From: Marsupella aquatica
Lineage: Eukaryota > Plantae > Marchantiophyta
Direction: 5' to 3'
Length of the DNA: 64,000 nucleotides
Assembly: GCA_973895155.1 (NCBI GenBank)
Contig: OZ316893.1
Location: forward strand, 24,169,520-24,233,519
The notes under the pieces were generated by a model that made no database searches, was not told the origin of the DNA, and saw nothing but the letters and a program-made list of their open reading frames with translations. The position numbers and the translations under genes are program-made. This document shows, in pieces, positions 31,001 through 43,238 of this stretch; position 1 is the first letter of the stretch; every line of letters starts with the position of its first letter.

Positions 31001-32057
31001 GCATTCACCACGGATTGTACCCAAACGGGTGCGGGAACGGGTGGTGCTGCCGATGGTGGAGAGCGGCTTGAATGAGGCCAAGGCGATGTCTGTGATGGCG
31101 CCAATGATTTGGCTATGGGTGTAGCTGGAGGCAGAGCCATAGGATTCAGAAGGTTGGAGGGGAAACTGAGTGAGGCTAGGAGTGACGTCTTGCAAAATTT
31201 GGACTACCGAATCGACAGTTAATGAAGGACTGAACCTTGACTGAACCAACTGATTCCGCTGCAAGTCTATCGTGCCCGGGATCGTGAAGACCTTGTCCGG
31301 AAGTCGAAGGAGCGCTTCCCTGAATTTGAGGTACTTTGTACCATCAAAGAAGAATTCAGCAATCTCGTCGTCTCGATAGAACTTGCTCTGAAACGGGAGG
31401 TTGAAGTTGCCATTGTAGTGAGAGCGCCCGGCTAGACAAATGAGTCGTTCGTAATGTCTTTTGGCTTCGTACCTGCACGGGTTGAATTTGGCAAGCGACT
31501 TTGCTAGATGATTTCCAATGGATAGAAATTGAAGCCAAAAGCGAGGGCCAAACTGGACATAATCATGATAGACACATAGTGTGCAACGGTGAATAACTAC
31601 TTAAGGGGCGAATGGGCGAGCTGGGATCAAAGCTGGCATGAGGAGTGAACTTCTGATACTACACAAGAGAATGGCTTGCCTTTTATACCCTGACGAGTCA
31701 TCGGCCGATCGGCCCTTCCTCCTTTCTGATAGGCCGAGCCTTTCACGCATGTAGTGTACCGGCCACTCTGCAAGTCCAAATCAGGGCGTGTCAAGGAGCC
31801 GCCCCCTCGATCCGTTATACGGACCCGAGGTAGACGTATGTTTATAACGCGCTCGTAACCCAGCCGTACGGGTGGCGCTCCGCCGTCAGCCCGAGCATGA
31901 ATGCTCTTATTGACTAATGTTGTCTTATTCATGATTACTAGAACTACTTTAGTGTCGTTATGCTAATAATTACGGACTACTAATTAAGTCCGTAGTGTGC
32001 GTACTCAGCACGAATTAAGCCGGATTACTCATTACCATCCGTGCTGGCGGCGTCACA
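28091..32057 (-). mobile_element. Solo LTR (3967 bp) of a diverged gene-bearing-LTR family
   Basis: TGTCACACC...GGCGTCACA inverted ends; TSD TAGGT/CAGGT (one C>T). The LINE frame rejoins on removal. No gag or pol inside. Confidence 0.82.
28988..31560 (-). pseudogene. Frameshifted homolog of the LTR-embedded gene
   Basis: TLPW..DMTEF, IFGLP, NGFLMRTCLIPEIAERLEFQRYALHMMPRGEISAAQV align with RLPW..DLLEF, VFGLP, NGFFRNTCTNPHIGEMIDFLRVTMHCNLPRAEIGKAQV. Followed by a Pro-rich linker and coiled coil. Confidence 0.82.
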
Positions 32058-33124
32058 CAGGTTCTCTCGGACTCTTTGGTATGCGTGCAACGGGAGGTGG
32101 TACTCGAGTTACCTGGTCCTCCATCATAGCGGTTACGGGTAGATCTGACCTTGGTCCGTGAGGGTCAACGTACTTTGGCAGACATGGTGGTGGCAAACCC
32201 ATTACGCCAAGACATCATTGGGACAGCGGCAACAATGGCAGGGGCAGCAGCGTCACGTGCGGCAACAACAAAGGAGGCCAAATATGTTGCATGAGCTTCA
32301 TCTGATAGCCTCCTCCCCCTTGCTCTTGAGATATTCGGGCGTCTTCATCACCAGTTTGACGGGCTTCTTCGACAAGCTGCCCGGGATGTTCATGGTCGGA
32401 AGGGTCCCACCGGGCCCCCGCTATCTATTTTGACCACGCACTTTTGCCAACGCATTTCAGTCACCTTAAAGCGTGCTCAAGCTTGGGCCATCTATCGTTG
32501 ATCTCCTATAGTGGGTGCTAGTGTGCCCCCGCAACGGCTCACTCCCCTAGAGGACGTTCCAATCCCACTTGCCAATTTAGTTTCGACACTTGATGTGAAC
32601 CATTAGCTTTTTGCCACATTTGCTAGGAATGACGAGGACCTCGGTCCGTTTGGGTTAGTTTTAGTTCCTCTTTCTTGGTTTTTACGGGTTCCCTAGTACT
32701 CACTTCTTAGTTTTAGTTCCTCTTTCTTGGTTTTTAGGGTTCTCTATTGCTCAATTCTTAGTTGTAGTTTCTCTTCCTTGGTTCTTAGGGGTTCACTTCT
32801 TTTACATTTGGTTTTGTTCACTTGGACACTCTTTTGTTTGTTCTTATGTACTTTGTTTGATCCTTTTCTCTAAAAAGTTTGTATATTTTCTTTACATTTA
32901 TTATATGGAACGAGGTTAAAATTAGGCACCTACTCTGTCCATCAGTAATTGTAGCTTTTCCGGTCAAGAGTAACATGCACATTCCATTTCATTCATTCCA
33001 TATAGAAAGTATGGAAGACTCGAACACTTTGCAATCACAAGTCGTGTGCATTTCGATTCTACTTTGCCCCCTTATGCTGCAAAACCTCACAAATCTCATT
33101 TTCACTAAGGGCTTGTGGACGGCA

Positions 33125-35534
33125 ATGGGATCTACGACTTCAACAGCCATCATGGGCAAGTGGGTGGAGAAAATCTTCTTCGAAAATGAATTGGAGACGA
33201 AGATTTTAGCTGCGGTCATTGTGACAGTCGTTCTCCGGCTGATCGTAATCAAGACCTTCCCGGGTTCCAAATCTAGGGCCAATCTACCGCCAGGTCCTCT
33301 CAATCTTCCAGTGGTCGGTGCCATGTTCTCAGTAGAGGCAAACATTGGCGAGTGGTACAAAAAAATGGCCAAAAAGTTTGGCAAGATCTTCTATTTCCGT
33401 CTCGGTTCGCATGGGATGCTCATTGTGGGTACAGCGGAGGGAGCCGAGGAAGTTCTGAAGACAAAGGATGTTGTATTCGCAAATAGACCAATTAATGCAT
33501 TCTTGAAATCTGCTGCCAAGTACATGGCGTTTGACTGCGAAGACATTCTGTTGGCCAATTATGACGAGGCACACAAGAACTTGAAGAAGTTGCTCACTGT
33601 GAATGTATTCAGTCCCTCTGCGCAGCACCGTTTTGTGAACATCAGGAGGCGTGAAGGTACGAGCTATCTGGACAATTCTTGCTTTAATTTGGATCAACCG
33701 AGTCTTCTCACGTCGTTGTCGTGAATTCCATGATCATTTGATCTTTTATTAATTTAGAGACTGGATCCATACCAACACTCGGACGGTTGCTGGATGGTGT
33801 AATTCATCAAGATACAGTGTTTTCATGGTGTAACACTCGTTTTTCTGATTCACGGAGATTTGAGTAGCAGGTTCTCCTCGAGTTTGGAATCATAACTTAT
33901 GCCACATCTCTTGTTTTCGGATGGACAACCAAAACAGATACAAACTGTGTTTTCAAGGTGCACTCATTATTCACAAACTCGTTGCAGGTAAGTTTCTGGC
34001 GGAGGACATCCAAAGGCAGATAAACTCAGACGGTATCATAAACGTGGGCAAGTCTGCCCTCGGCCTGACCGTCAACTTGCTCTGCTCGCTCATCTTCGGA
34101 AGGCGGTACAGTGATTCACTGACCTCCGAAACGGACCAGCTCAAGCACTGCCCTGACATTATCCGCAGCGCCACTAATCTCATTTTGAAACTGAATTTCG
34201 GGGACATATTCCCATGGCTTGCTTGGGTGAATTATCAAGGATGGACCAAAGAGTTTAAGGAGTACAACCAGCTCTGTCGTAGGGTGTTCGGGCAGAGTAT
34301 TGAGGTACACATCACGGAACTGAAGCGTTGCAGGAAAGCAGCACTAATCTTGGATCAAGTTTGGATCCTGTGTCGACATGTTGACATGCAGAGAATAGAA
34401 TATATTGAAGATATGTGTATCTTAGGAATTGCGATCGTTGGAATTGTGATTTCAGGATCACAGAGAAGCGAGGAGGACCAATAAGCGCTCCACAGACACA
34501 GACTTTCTGGACACTATTCTGAAACTTCATGACGAGGGGGAAATTTCTGAGAACGCTGTTTTGGGCTCTCTTTTCGACATGCTAGTTGGAGGAACGGACA
34601 GTAGTGCTATCACTGCAGAATGGGGTATCCTGGAGCTTGTCACAAATCCAGGTAAAAGGGTATCTGCAAACTTGTTGTGATCAGTTCCTTTTCGTTGTAC
34701 CGTACATCTTGCCGCCCCTTGAGTACAAGAAAGCTTTCGGACCATGACTCGATATGTCCATGACGGTATCCAATTAACCACGTGCAATAAGTCACACAAT
34801 ACAACACGACACAACATGCTCGCAACCAGGCTCGCAACAAAATGAAGAGAACAACTAGAAATCCAATCGACTCACCTAGCCTATTGTGATGCGTAGACAG
34901 AGACCCTTTAGAAGCTGTAAAATAGTTGTTGACATTTAAGATGCCTTGCCAATTTTTCTCAGATTGTCTCACCAAGCTGCAAAAGGAGATGGACGAAGTA
35001 GTTGGCAAAGGGCGACCCGTGGAGGAATCTGATTTCCCAAAGCTGCTATATTTCCAAGCTGTTATTCATGAGACCCTTCGGTTGCACCCTCCTGCTCCTC
35101 TCTTGGTCTCCCACTTCTCCGCAGAAGCAACGACCGTGCAAGGGTTCTACGTCCCTGCCAACACAACTGTCTTTGTGTTCGTTGGACTCATCGCTCGGGA
35201 CCCTCTTAACTGGGATGACCCTGAGAAGTTCAATCCTGAGAGGTTTATGAACTCCAAGGAAACTATCAATATCACAGAAGGCAATGTCTTCAGCTTTCTT
35301 CCATTCGGAAGTGGGAGGCGGAAGTGTCCAGCGGCTGCGATGGGGCTGCTGACGGTTCAGAGAGTGATTTCCACTCTCGTTCATGCCTTTGATTGGAGTC
35401 CGCTACCTGGCAAGACAATCGACGACATTGACAAGACGGAAGTGCTTACTAATGTGTCTCGTCCAGCGGCTCCACTTTTGTTAAGTGCTAGGCCTCGGTT
35501 GAACCCGACTATCTACGCTCACTCACAAGCTTGA
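33125..35534 (+). CDS. Cytochrome P450, CYP71 clan (A-type); exons 33125-33656, 33988-34304, 34456-34651, 34963-35534
   Basis: Membrane anchor and LPPGP hinge, I-helix VGGTDSS, ETLR, PERF, heme motif FGSGRRKCPA. Three GT-AG introns with matching phases (1, 0, 1). Confidence 0.93.
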
Positions 35535-35946
35535 ACGATGAATTTTACAATTCTTGGAGCTTCAATTCCACAGAATTCTCTAAAAATTGAATTCAATTCA
35601 CACCTTCTCCATGTGATATCTTGGGGGTACAGTACAGTATCACCAAGATGAGTCTCTTAAATTGAATTCAATGCACACCTTTTTTTTGCCTTGAAAAATC
35701 ATTTTGAATTTCATCCAAAAGACAGCAGACTGCACACCTTTTCCATTGGATGTCTTGGGGTGTAAACTAAGTGTATACCAGTAAAGATAGTCATTTTGAG
35801 TAGTGAGTTGTGAAGTGTAGCATGGTGTCCCTGGGAACCAGACTTTAGACAACACGAGTGGTCGCGTTGTCTTAGCTCTATGTTTGTCTTTTCCAATCCA
35901 AGAATATGGATTCGCTTTTCTTCACAACTTTGTGGGATTACTACCC

Positions 35947-36040
35947 TGTCTCGTCCAGCGACTCCACTTTTGTTATGTGCTAAGCCTCGGTTAAACCCTT
36001 CTATCTACTCTCAATCACAAGCTTAAACAATGAATTCCAC
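35947..36040 (+). repeat. Diverged direct duplicate of the last ~95 bp of the P450 gene
   Basis: TGTCTCGTCCAGCGACTCCACTTTTGTTATGTGCTAAGCCTCGG...TCACAAGCTTAAAC matches 35455-35548. Confidence 0.85.
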
Positions 36041-36082
36041 TTGGGCTTACACAATTGACAGGAGATTATATTATCACCTACA

Positions 36083-36342
36083 CACTGTGCACCCTAATTA
36101 GAGTTATGCAAGAATTAGTGTTACTAGCACTAATTTTGGTAAAAATAATTTTGAGTCCAAGTAACACTAATTTTAGTTTAAATTGCTGGTAAAAACACTA
36201 ATTGTTGTGTATTTTTCCACTCTTAAGGTCACTTAACACTAATTGCAAAAATAGTGTTAGCAGAAAATTAGTGTGATTAACATTAATTTGTAAATAGACC
36301 CTGAAAATGGGGTTCTCGTCACACTAATTATGGTGAACAGTG
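36083..36342. mobile_element. Small non-autonomous CACTG-ended element/MITE
   Basis: 22-bp TIR CACTGTGCACCCTAATTAGAGT / rc CACTGTTCACCATAATTAGTGT (19/22), with many internal CACTAATT/AATTAGTG motifs. The TSD is not clean. Confidence 0.65.
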
Positions 36343-37899
36343 AAGATGAGTCTCCAAAATGGAATTCAATTTGTACCTTTCCAAATAATTTGATGGTCTG
36401 GGTGTACAGTGCATACCAAAAAGAATAAGTTAGACCTAACTTCAGACTCCCATGGTGCAAAGTGACACATTATATGAGAAGGCTCCTTGCACTTTTCTTC
36501 TTTTGTCTGTTATTCAGTTTATTTGATACACATGTTGGCGCCAGGTGAAAAGTGGACCTTAGTTTACCCTTTTTATGCAAATTTCATGTCATTTTAATTT
36601 CAACATTTTTCTCTGTACGTTTTGCTGTGCCTGTTTCCCTTGTCACCCAACTTCATACATGCATATGGCCCATCATGTATCTGGGGTTCACTTCATGGAG
36701 AACCATACATCATGTGGATCATTTGGGTTATTTATGATTTCCCTTAACCATCTTAGACAAACAAAGTTTTATGACACCAACCAGGTAATGACATGTCACA
36801 TTTTCCAATTATTAAGACACATTGCTCTCGCTTATAAGTCTTAATATCTTAATAAGTCTTTCCCAAAGTTATTAATAGGACGTTGTAAGTCATCAGACTA
36901 AATTTATGTGTACTTCCGCAAAAGTGACCCAGTTGAAGGGAACTCTTGGCAATTGTTTATTATCTTGTTGGAGGAGGCAGCATACCAGTGCCAAAGTAGG
37001 CACTTTGATTGCAGACGAGTGGAGTACAGCAAAGTTATGAGGATCTGTATTTGTATGTATATTGTAGATATCAAGCTCGCCATGTCACCCTCTAAGACTG
37101 TGAGTCGGGTAGCATTTAAATAGTCAGGAGCTAATGGTATAAAAGGAAATCTAGACAAAATGTTTTTTTCAAGTAAAGGTACTCACACTATTTTGATAAA
37201 TCAATGTTAAAGCATAAATATAAAGTGTTGTAAACAAATTAAAGCATGATGTATATAAAAATAATAAGGTTTTTTTTTAGAATATTCTTGACATACTCTC
37301 TTTATAAAGTAGGGTATCGTGTCCTGGTTTTCCAGAAGGCAACCAAACTATCGACAGTATGCAAAGGCAATGGATTCGGGCAAGCAAATGTGGCGTTTGA
37401 CATACGCGGGTTCCAACTTTAAACATTACAATTGATATACAACTGAGAGCTACGGTATGGTAGTTACCAAATTGTCCGATAGAAGGTGCACACACTCACC
37501 TCTGAAAAACTCCCATTCCCATGCTCGGAGTTCCCTCCAGTGCACGCTGGTGTCCAAGGTTACATGAAGGAAATGTCGGCAACCAGCAATGTGTGCAAGA
37601 ACAGAGGAGCTCGTCATTGGACATGAACTGGAGCATTTGATCTACTGCGCAATTCAGGAGTGAGCAATCTTGATCCCAATATTGAAGAAGAATATTAGCA
37701 AGCATGGGGATCAATACCAATCAGTATGACGAGTTGGATCACCCGCGGATGGGAATGGTTCGTGAGACCACATTCAAGGATCCTCTGCTTGTGAAGTATG
37801 AGCTTGGAAAAGTAAGAACCATCCCCTGACCTAGTCTCTTGTTCAATTTTGGAAGCCAATGCTTAGAAAGAATTCATAGAATAAGCGAACTGAGCACAC

Positions 37900-40760
37900 T
37901 GGACTCATCTGCCGATGGTCTTGGGAACAAAGGCCAAACAATGGTCTTGGGAACAAAGGCCAAACAACAATTTCTAAATGCAACAAAGAGAAAATGCCAA
38001 ATGAATCAGATTTCAAGATATCTAAGGCTTTCGATGAACTGGAGAATGAAGTCTCTATGTTTGGGCTTCCCACGAGATCTCTTGCAGGCCAAAAAAGAAA
38101 ACCTTATTTAAAATGCAACAAGCAAGGAAATAGGAACTGCCTGCAATTTGAGATTCGTACATGAATCTCAAATTACCTTGGCAAGAAATTACCTAGTATG
38201 TTGCAAGATGACCAAACACTCCTCGATATCATGAATGCACCATTATACAAAACCCAAACGATGGCCCGAGCTGATTAATCTTGTCCCAAGGTTCAACTTG
38301 GAGAAATCTTGAATGCTCAAGATTGTTGGGAGTGTAATGGATATTTGGTTCCAAGTACCAGCAAATGCTGCTTGTGAGAGATATTTCATAATACCCAAAA
38401 TAATCATATTCCCCTATTCTAAACAGCAAAGCAGCATTGGGTTCCAAATTTGCCTAGCTCATCCTCTGGGCAGGCATATCGAGCTAACCTGATGAGCATG
38501 AAACTCAGGAGTTGAAATTTTCAATAAATGTTCAGATCTGCCTTGATTCAAAAAGGGATTCAAATGACTAATGCTTAATATTATCTTCGACAACTGGGTT
38601 CTATCTCTAGATAGATACGTAAATGAATGTGTGCATACACCCCAATTGTCTTCAATGATGACATTCATTATCTTCATCCAATTGCAAGGACCTGCTGGCC
38701 ATTATAATGTTAGCAGAACACAAAACTTCTGTTCCTTGAGCTAGGTCTCAAATAGATTGCAGAATAATTAACCCTAATCCAGTTTCAAGGAAAGACCAAC
38801 ATCCTTATCCATACTGACGTCTAGATCTGCACTTTGCAAGAGAAATTGCTCCACGTAAAGATACGCCTTTGCATCCTTTGCTTTGTGGGATATCAACATT
38901 GGTGTCCAAATTGAAGCAATTCAATGATCGTAACATTTAATTTTTATAATCTCATTTGAAGTTCATCTTCTTGACATATATTGACCAGGTCAAAAGATCT
39001 ATCTACAATTTACCAGATGAACGATTCATCTATGGAATGGTCAATCCAAGGGATGCAGAGGGCGTACGAGAGGGTGAGTTCATGTGCTCAATTCTTTTTC
39101 AGAAGGCTCATTTAAATTTTGAGCCGCATGTCCTCGAAAGAGGTGCAATTTAAAAGTGGCATGTTACGTTTGTCAAGAGTCAGTAAATTGACAGGAGAGC
39201 AACCGGTCTAGCCTATAAGAATAACTTGCATAATTTTGATTGTGGCTTGTTGAAATGGTTTCTAGTGATCCAACATCCCCAAAATGAGCCAGACAACGAC
39301 CCCCTTCTTGGACCTAACTTCATTGCAATGAATAAAATAGCTGCCCTGAAGTAAGCATCTCTCTTTTCTCAAGTGTGTTGTGGTTTTGTCTCACTAAGTG
39401 TTACAGTACATATGTCCCACGTTGTTCCATTTTTGTAGCTGCACATTATTAAATGCACCTTCCCATTTGACTTGCACCAATCCGCAGCTGGATGTTAAAT
39501 AGCAACTTGTGTAAAAACTTGAGGAATTTAAAAGCGGGAGAATTTGAATCACAAAACCTGGTTGAAGTATTAAAGGGCAGTGTGCATGTAATATGGCAAA
39601 AAACAATTGCAGTGTTGAGGTGATACTTAGATTATATCTTGAAATGCAACTCTTTCAAATAATTTAAGGACTATTGTGTGAGGATGCTAGTGGTATTATT
39701 GGAAGGGGTCTGTACAGAATTATTGAACATCTTTGGATGTCAGACCCTCTGTACAATGCACCTCATGATTCAAGGGAAGGAGTTGTTAGCACCATCAAGA
39801 ACGAGGCACTCCCATCAGTTTTAGTCAACATTCTTTCTGAATTAGAAAATGCTATCAGGCACTCCCATCAGCCAAATTTCCTTTTGGTTGACCTAGCTGA
39901 ATGACTTTTCTCTTGCACTCTCCCCAAGTTGTCCACTCAATGACTTCACTGAATCACATTTTCACTCAACAGCATAGCTCGCCAAGTTGGAAAATGTTCA
40001 CTTGGCTGAACTTCCTGACTCACTTTTTCACTTAGCTCATCAAGTGAAAAAGTTCCAGGGAAAACGTCCACTTAGCAAACTTGTTGAGTCACTGTTTCAA
40101 CCAGCAGCCCCGCTGAGTAGGAAGGTTCTATATGCAAACAACTGATGGGAGCAGCTGATACCTGATACCTGATACTGATGACTGATAATTGATGGGGGGC
40201 TGTGACACTCAATAGTATGTCCTAACTTTCACAATCTTCTAGGTGCAGTCAATGAGACAAGGCTTCAGGTTTTGAACTACAGTAGCACAATACAATGGCC
40301 AACTTTGTGCTAAGGGTACACCCCTTGAGCTCGTAAGTTCAGGGCTTTTGCAAACCTTGGCTACCTTAGCTCATCTTTTGAGCTGAAATAGTTGTCTTTC
40401 GTTCAAACTACAAGAGAACAAGTTCATACTATGCATGTAACATATTCGTTTGGTCTTCATGCCAAAAGTGACAACCTTGCAATGCCCATTTTGCAAATTG
40501 GAGTTGATTGATCTGAAGAATCCAAGTGAATATCGGTTCTTGCAGAAGCTAGCTATTGATATTCTTGCAATAATTGAAAGGAGATGAGGAAAATTCTCCA
40601 GGCAATAATTATCATTTAAGTATTGGGAAATGGAGTCCAAAGGGAGTATTGGTGAGTCCTTCACCGGTACTTTAAAGCCATTGCACAACCTAGTCGGATG
40701 GGATATGTTTTTCATTCATCCTGAGGGCCACTACTGATTTGGTTAATTTTTTGGTCTGTG
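37900..40760 (-). mobile_element. Possible highly decayed LINE reverse-transcriptase remnant
   Basis: Minus-strand fragments in the expected order: SGPQD (~GPDG), LYRPLPIIP (~YRPISLL) and VQVKWEGAFNNV (~LDFEKAFD.V). No long ORF; boundaries approximate. Confidence 0.35.
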
Positions 40761-43075
40761 TTTTCTCAGGGCATTTTGTCAAATACATGGGGAAGGCACA
40801 CAACATATTCTAGCAGAGCTAGACTCTTATTAAGAATGCATGACTGTCAACGTGCAAGAGGATATGGACAATTGCTAGTAAATGTCTTATTTTAAAGATA
40901 GAACATCACTCAAACGAATATAACATGTTCATTTGCCACATCCCATTGCAACACCTATATTGTAGTTGTCCACTCAAGCCCAATATGAACAAAAAAAACC
41001 ACTCAGGTCTTTGAGATAGATGATCCTGGCAATACAAGTGACATAAGATCATACCTTGTCATGGCATGTAGGAATTGTGTGACATCTCCAGATGTGAGAA
41101 AGTGCCGAGATGAAAATTACGTTCGAATGTTGCCTCGAACAAAACTTGTAATGTCACAGCTCAAGAGTTTCTTTGCCATCTATTCCCCACTTCTCAAACT
41201 TTATTTTATTGGTGTCATGTGTGCTCAGAAATTCATATCCCCTGAAAAAAAATTGGGTGTATTTTTTCTAGTAATAGTCTTTTTAATGATATAGTACTCT
41301 TCTAGCAATTTAAGTTTATTACTCACAGCTGAATTTAATGGAAGTGTCAAAATGACTTATGTTCAAACAATCAGTGTTCTGTCAGGCTAATCGTTTCAAG
41401 CTGCCATCTGAGATTGATCCGAGATACACTTATGGTGCTGAAAATGTTTTGTAAGATACATCTTGAATCCTGACTTCACATATGGCAAATAATCACATGG
41501 TTGGAAGGCTGATGAAATGTAAACCACAAGCAATACATGTTTGCTACTAATACCTGGTTCCTTATCGTCTTTTCTTCACATCATAGAAGAGAATGCAGTG
41601 CAATCTTAACATAGAAATTTTATTGCATTATTTGCACTACGTGTAACAAATATGCATGTTAAGGAGCAAAGAATTGCCAAAACTGTAGTCGCTCTGAAAA
41701 ATTCCAATATCAATTCTTGTGTTGACTCCCCCTATCCACCTTTTAGTTGTGCAGTTAAAAACATTATGTTGTGGCTGGTAGAGAATATAGTGGTAGGCTT
41801 TGAGTTCATCACACTTAATAAGCTTCGCTTGTTTAACATCATGAAGAAGTAAGATTGTATAGGTTTGTACCAGTCCAATATTCCATGAAACTTGCATGTA
41901 TTGGTTCACCTGTTTTCAATTCATTCATTTATTTCTAGCAGTGAAAAAACAGTTCACATGTGGCCAAATGTAAGGAACCCCAGTATTAATACTGGGACCT
42001 CACTACAATAGTATAAAACTATTGAGTACCTGCCATAATAAGCTAGAGACACAAAATAATAGTATACAGACTGATACAGCACAAGAAATCTTGTTGTGAT
42101 CCTTAAAATGTGCTTTCGTCTCCATTAGAGGAATGGCGTGATGTATAGGAGACACCAAACACTCAAATGGGTGGGAAATTTGGCCCCAGACACATGTCAG
42201 ATCCATATCCATACGCAGACTATGCTGTCTTAGGTTTTTCTTTCATTTGTTCACGTGTGTATTGGATTCATTTTGATATTAGAGAATATGAAATAGTGGT
42301 ACAAAGACAATGTTATAACATCATTCTTTTCTATATGTGTAGGGGTCCACCAATTGAACTCATAGTACAACATGCCTATCAAAATGATTGGATTAAGATG
42401 AACCAATGGCTGTCAGAAAATCATCCGGATATTTATGAATTTGCGCCCACTAAGTGGAAGCCATCACCGACTAACTCATCGTTGCTGCGAGTTGAGGCTG
42501 CCTTCAAGCTCCGCAACAAGCCTCCAACCAAGCCAAAATTTTGTATGAATAGATTCAAGAACATCAAGAAGCGCATTGATAACGAATGTAATATTCCCTT
42601 CATTCGAGACAGAGTCTACCCTAATATAACACATTGGGAGACTCCAACAGATAGATGCTCCCTCAAAACCTCAAAGTGTGGCAACAAGCATGCCACTTGA
42701 GATGATTCAAAGACAAATCCTTGACAATTGAGAGAAAACATGGGCAACATTTTGTGCTTTTGGAGGAAATGAATATTTTTATGGGGGATGTCTCCCCTGG
42801 TCCACTTATGTTACGCACTTGAAGTACAAGGTTCAGGTACTACACAAAGTCCCCAAAAAGTCTGGTAAATGAGACTTTTAAGTAAGGTTAGTGGTAAATT
42901 AGTACCCACTTACTAAACAACTGGCAAAATTTGGTTATCTGTCTAACTATGTGAGGTTTTCTGTTGCCACGATTATCTTGTGGTTGACTGACCTGTGACT
43001 CAGTTGAAGTACTAGGCCCTTGAGCATATTATCAGAAACAAGCCCCATGCCCGTGCATTGCACAAAAAATAATGA

Positions 43076-43238
43076 GTGAGGGCAAGATTTCGAGGTGAGG
43101 GCAAGATTTTGAGTTGATGGCAAGATGTCAAGGTGAGGACAATATGTCAAGGTGAGAGCAAGATTTTGAGGTGAGGGCAACATGTCAAGGTGAGGGCAAG
43201 ATTTTGAGTTGAGGGCAAGATGTTGAGCTAAGGCAAAC
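43076..43238. repeat. Degenerate ~17-19-bp tandem repeat (GTGAGGGCAAGATTTTGAG-like)
   Basis: About 9 imperfect copies, read directly. Confidence 0.8.

Larger units (their letters stand above)
27226..32880 (+). mobile_element. Decayed non-LTR retrotransposon with restriction-like endonuclease (CRE-type), 3' part, interrupted twice
   Basis: LSLPISQGEFGL, GWLQANP..FSIAMRLR|MGLPHP, HNVVRD, RLRVDL..LADMVV..KEAKY..PLALEIFG and QRISVTLKRAQA, read across the insertions; T-rich 3' region. Confidence 0.75.

Noticed and set aside
32879-33124. N-terminal extension of the P450 ORF
   Set aside because: It starts at TTG and adds non-P450 sequence; the ATG at 33125 (or the next in-frame ATG) before the membrane anchor fits better.
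42167-42700. 177-aa ORF
   Set aside because: No recognisable motif; may be a decayed transposon exon but cannot be supported.
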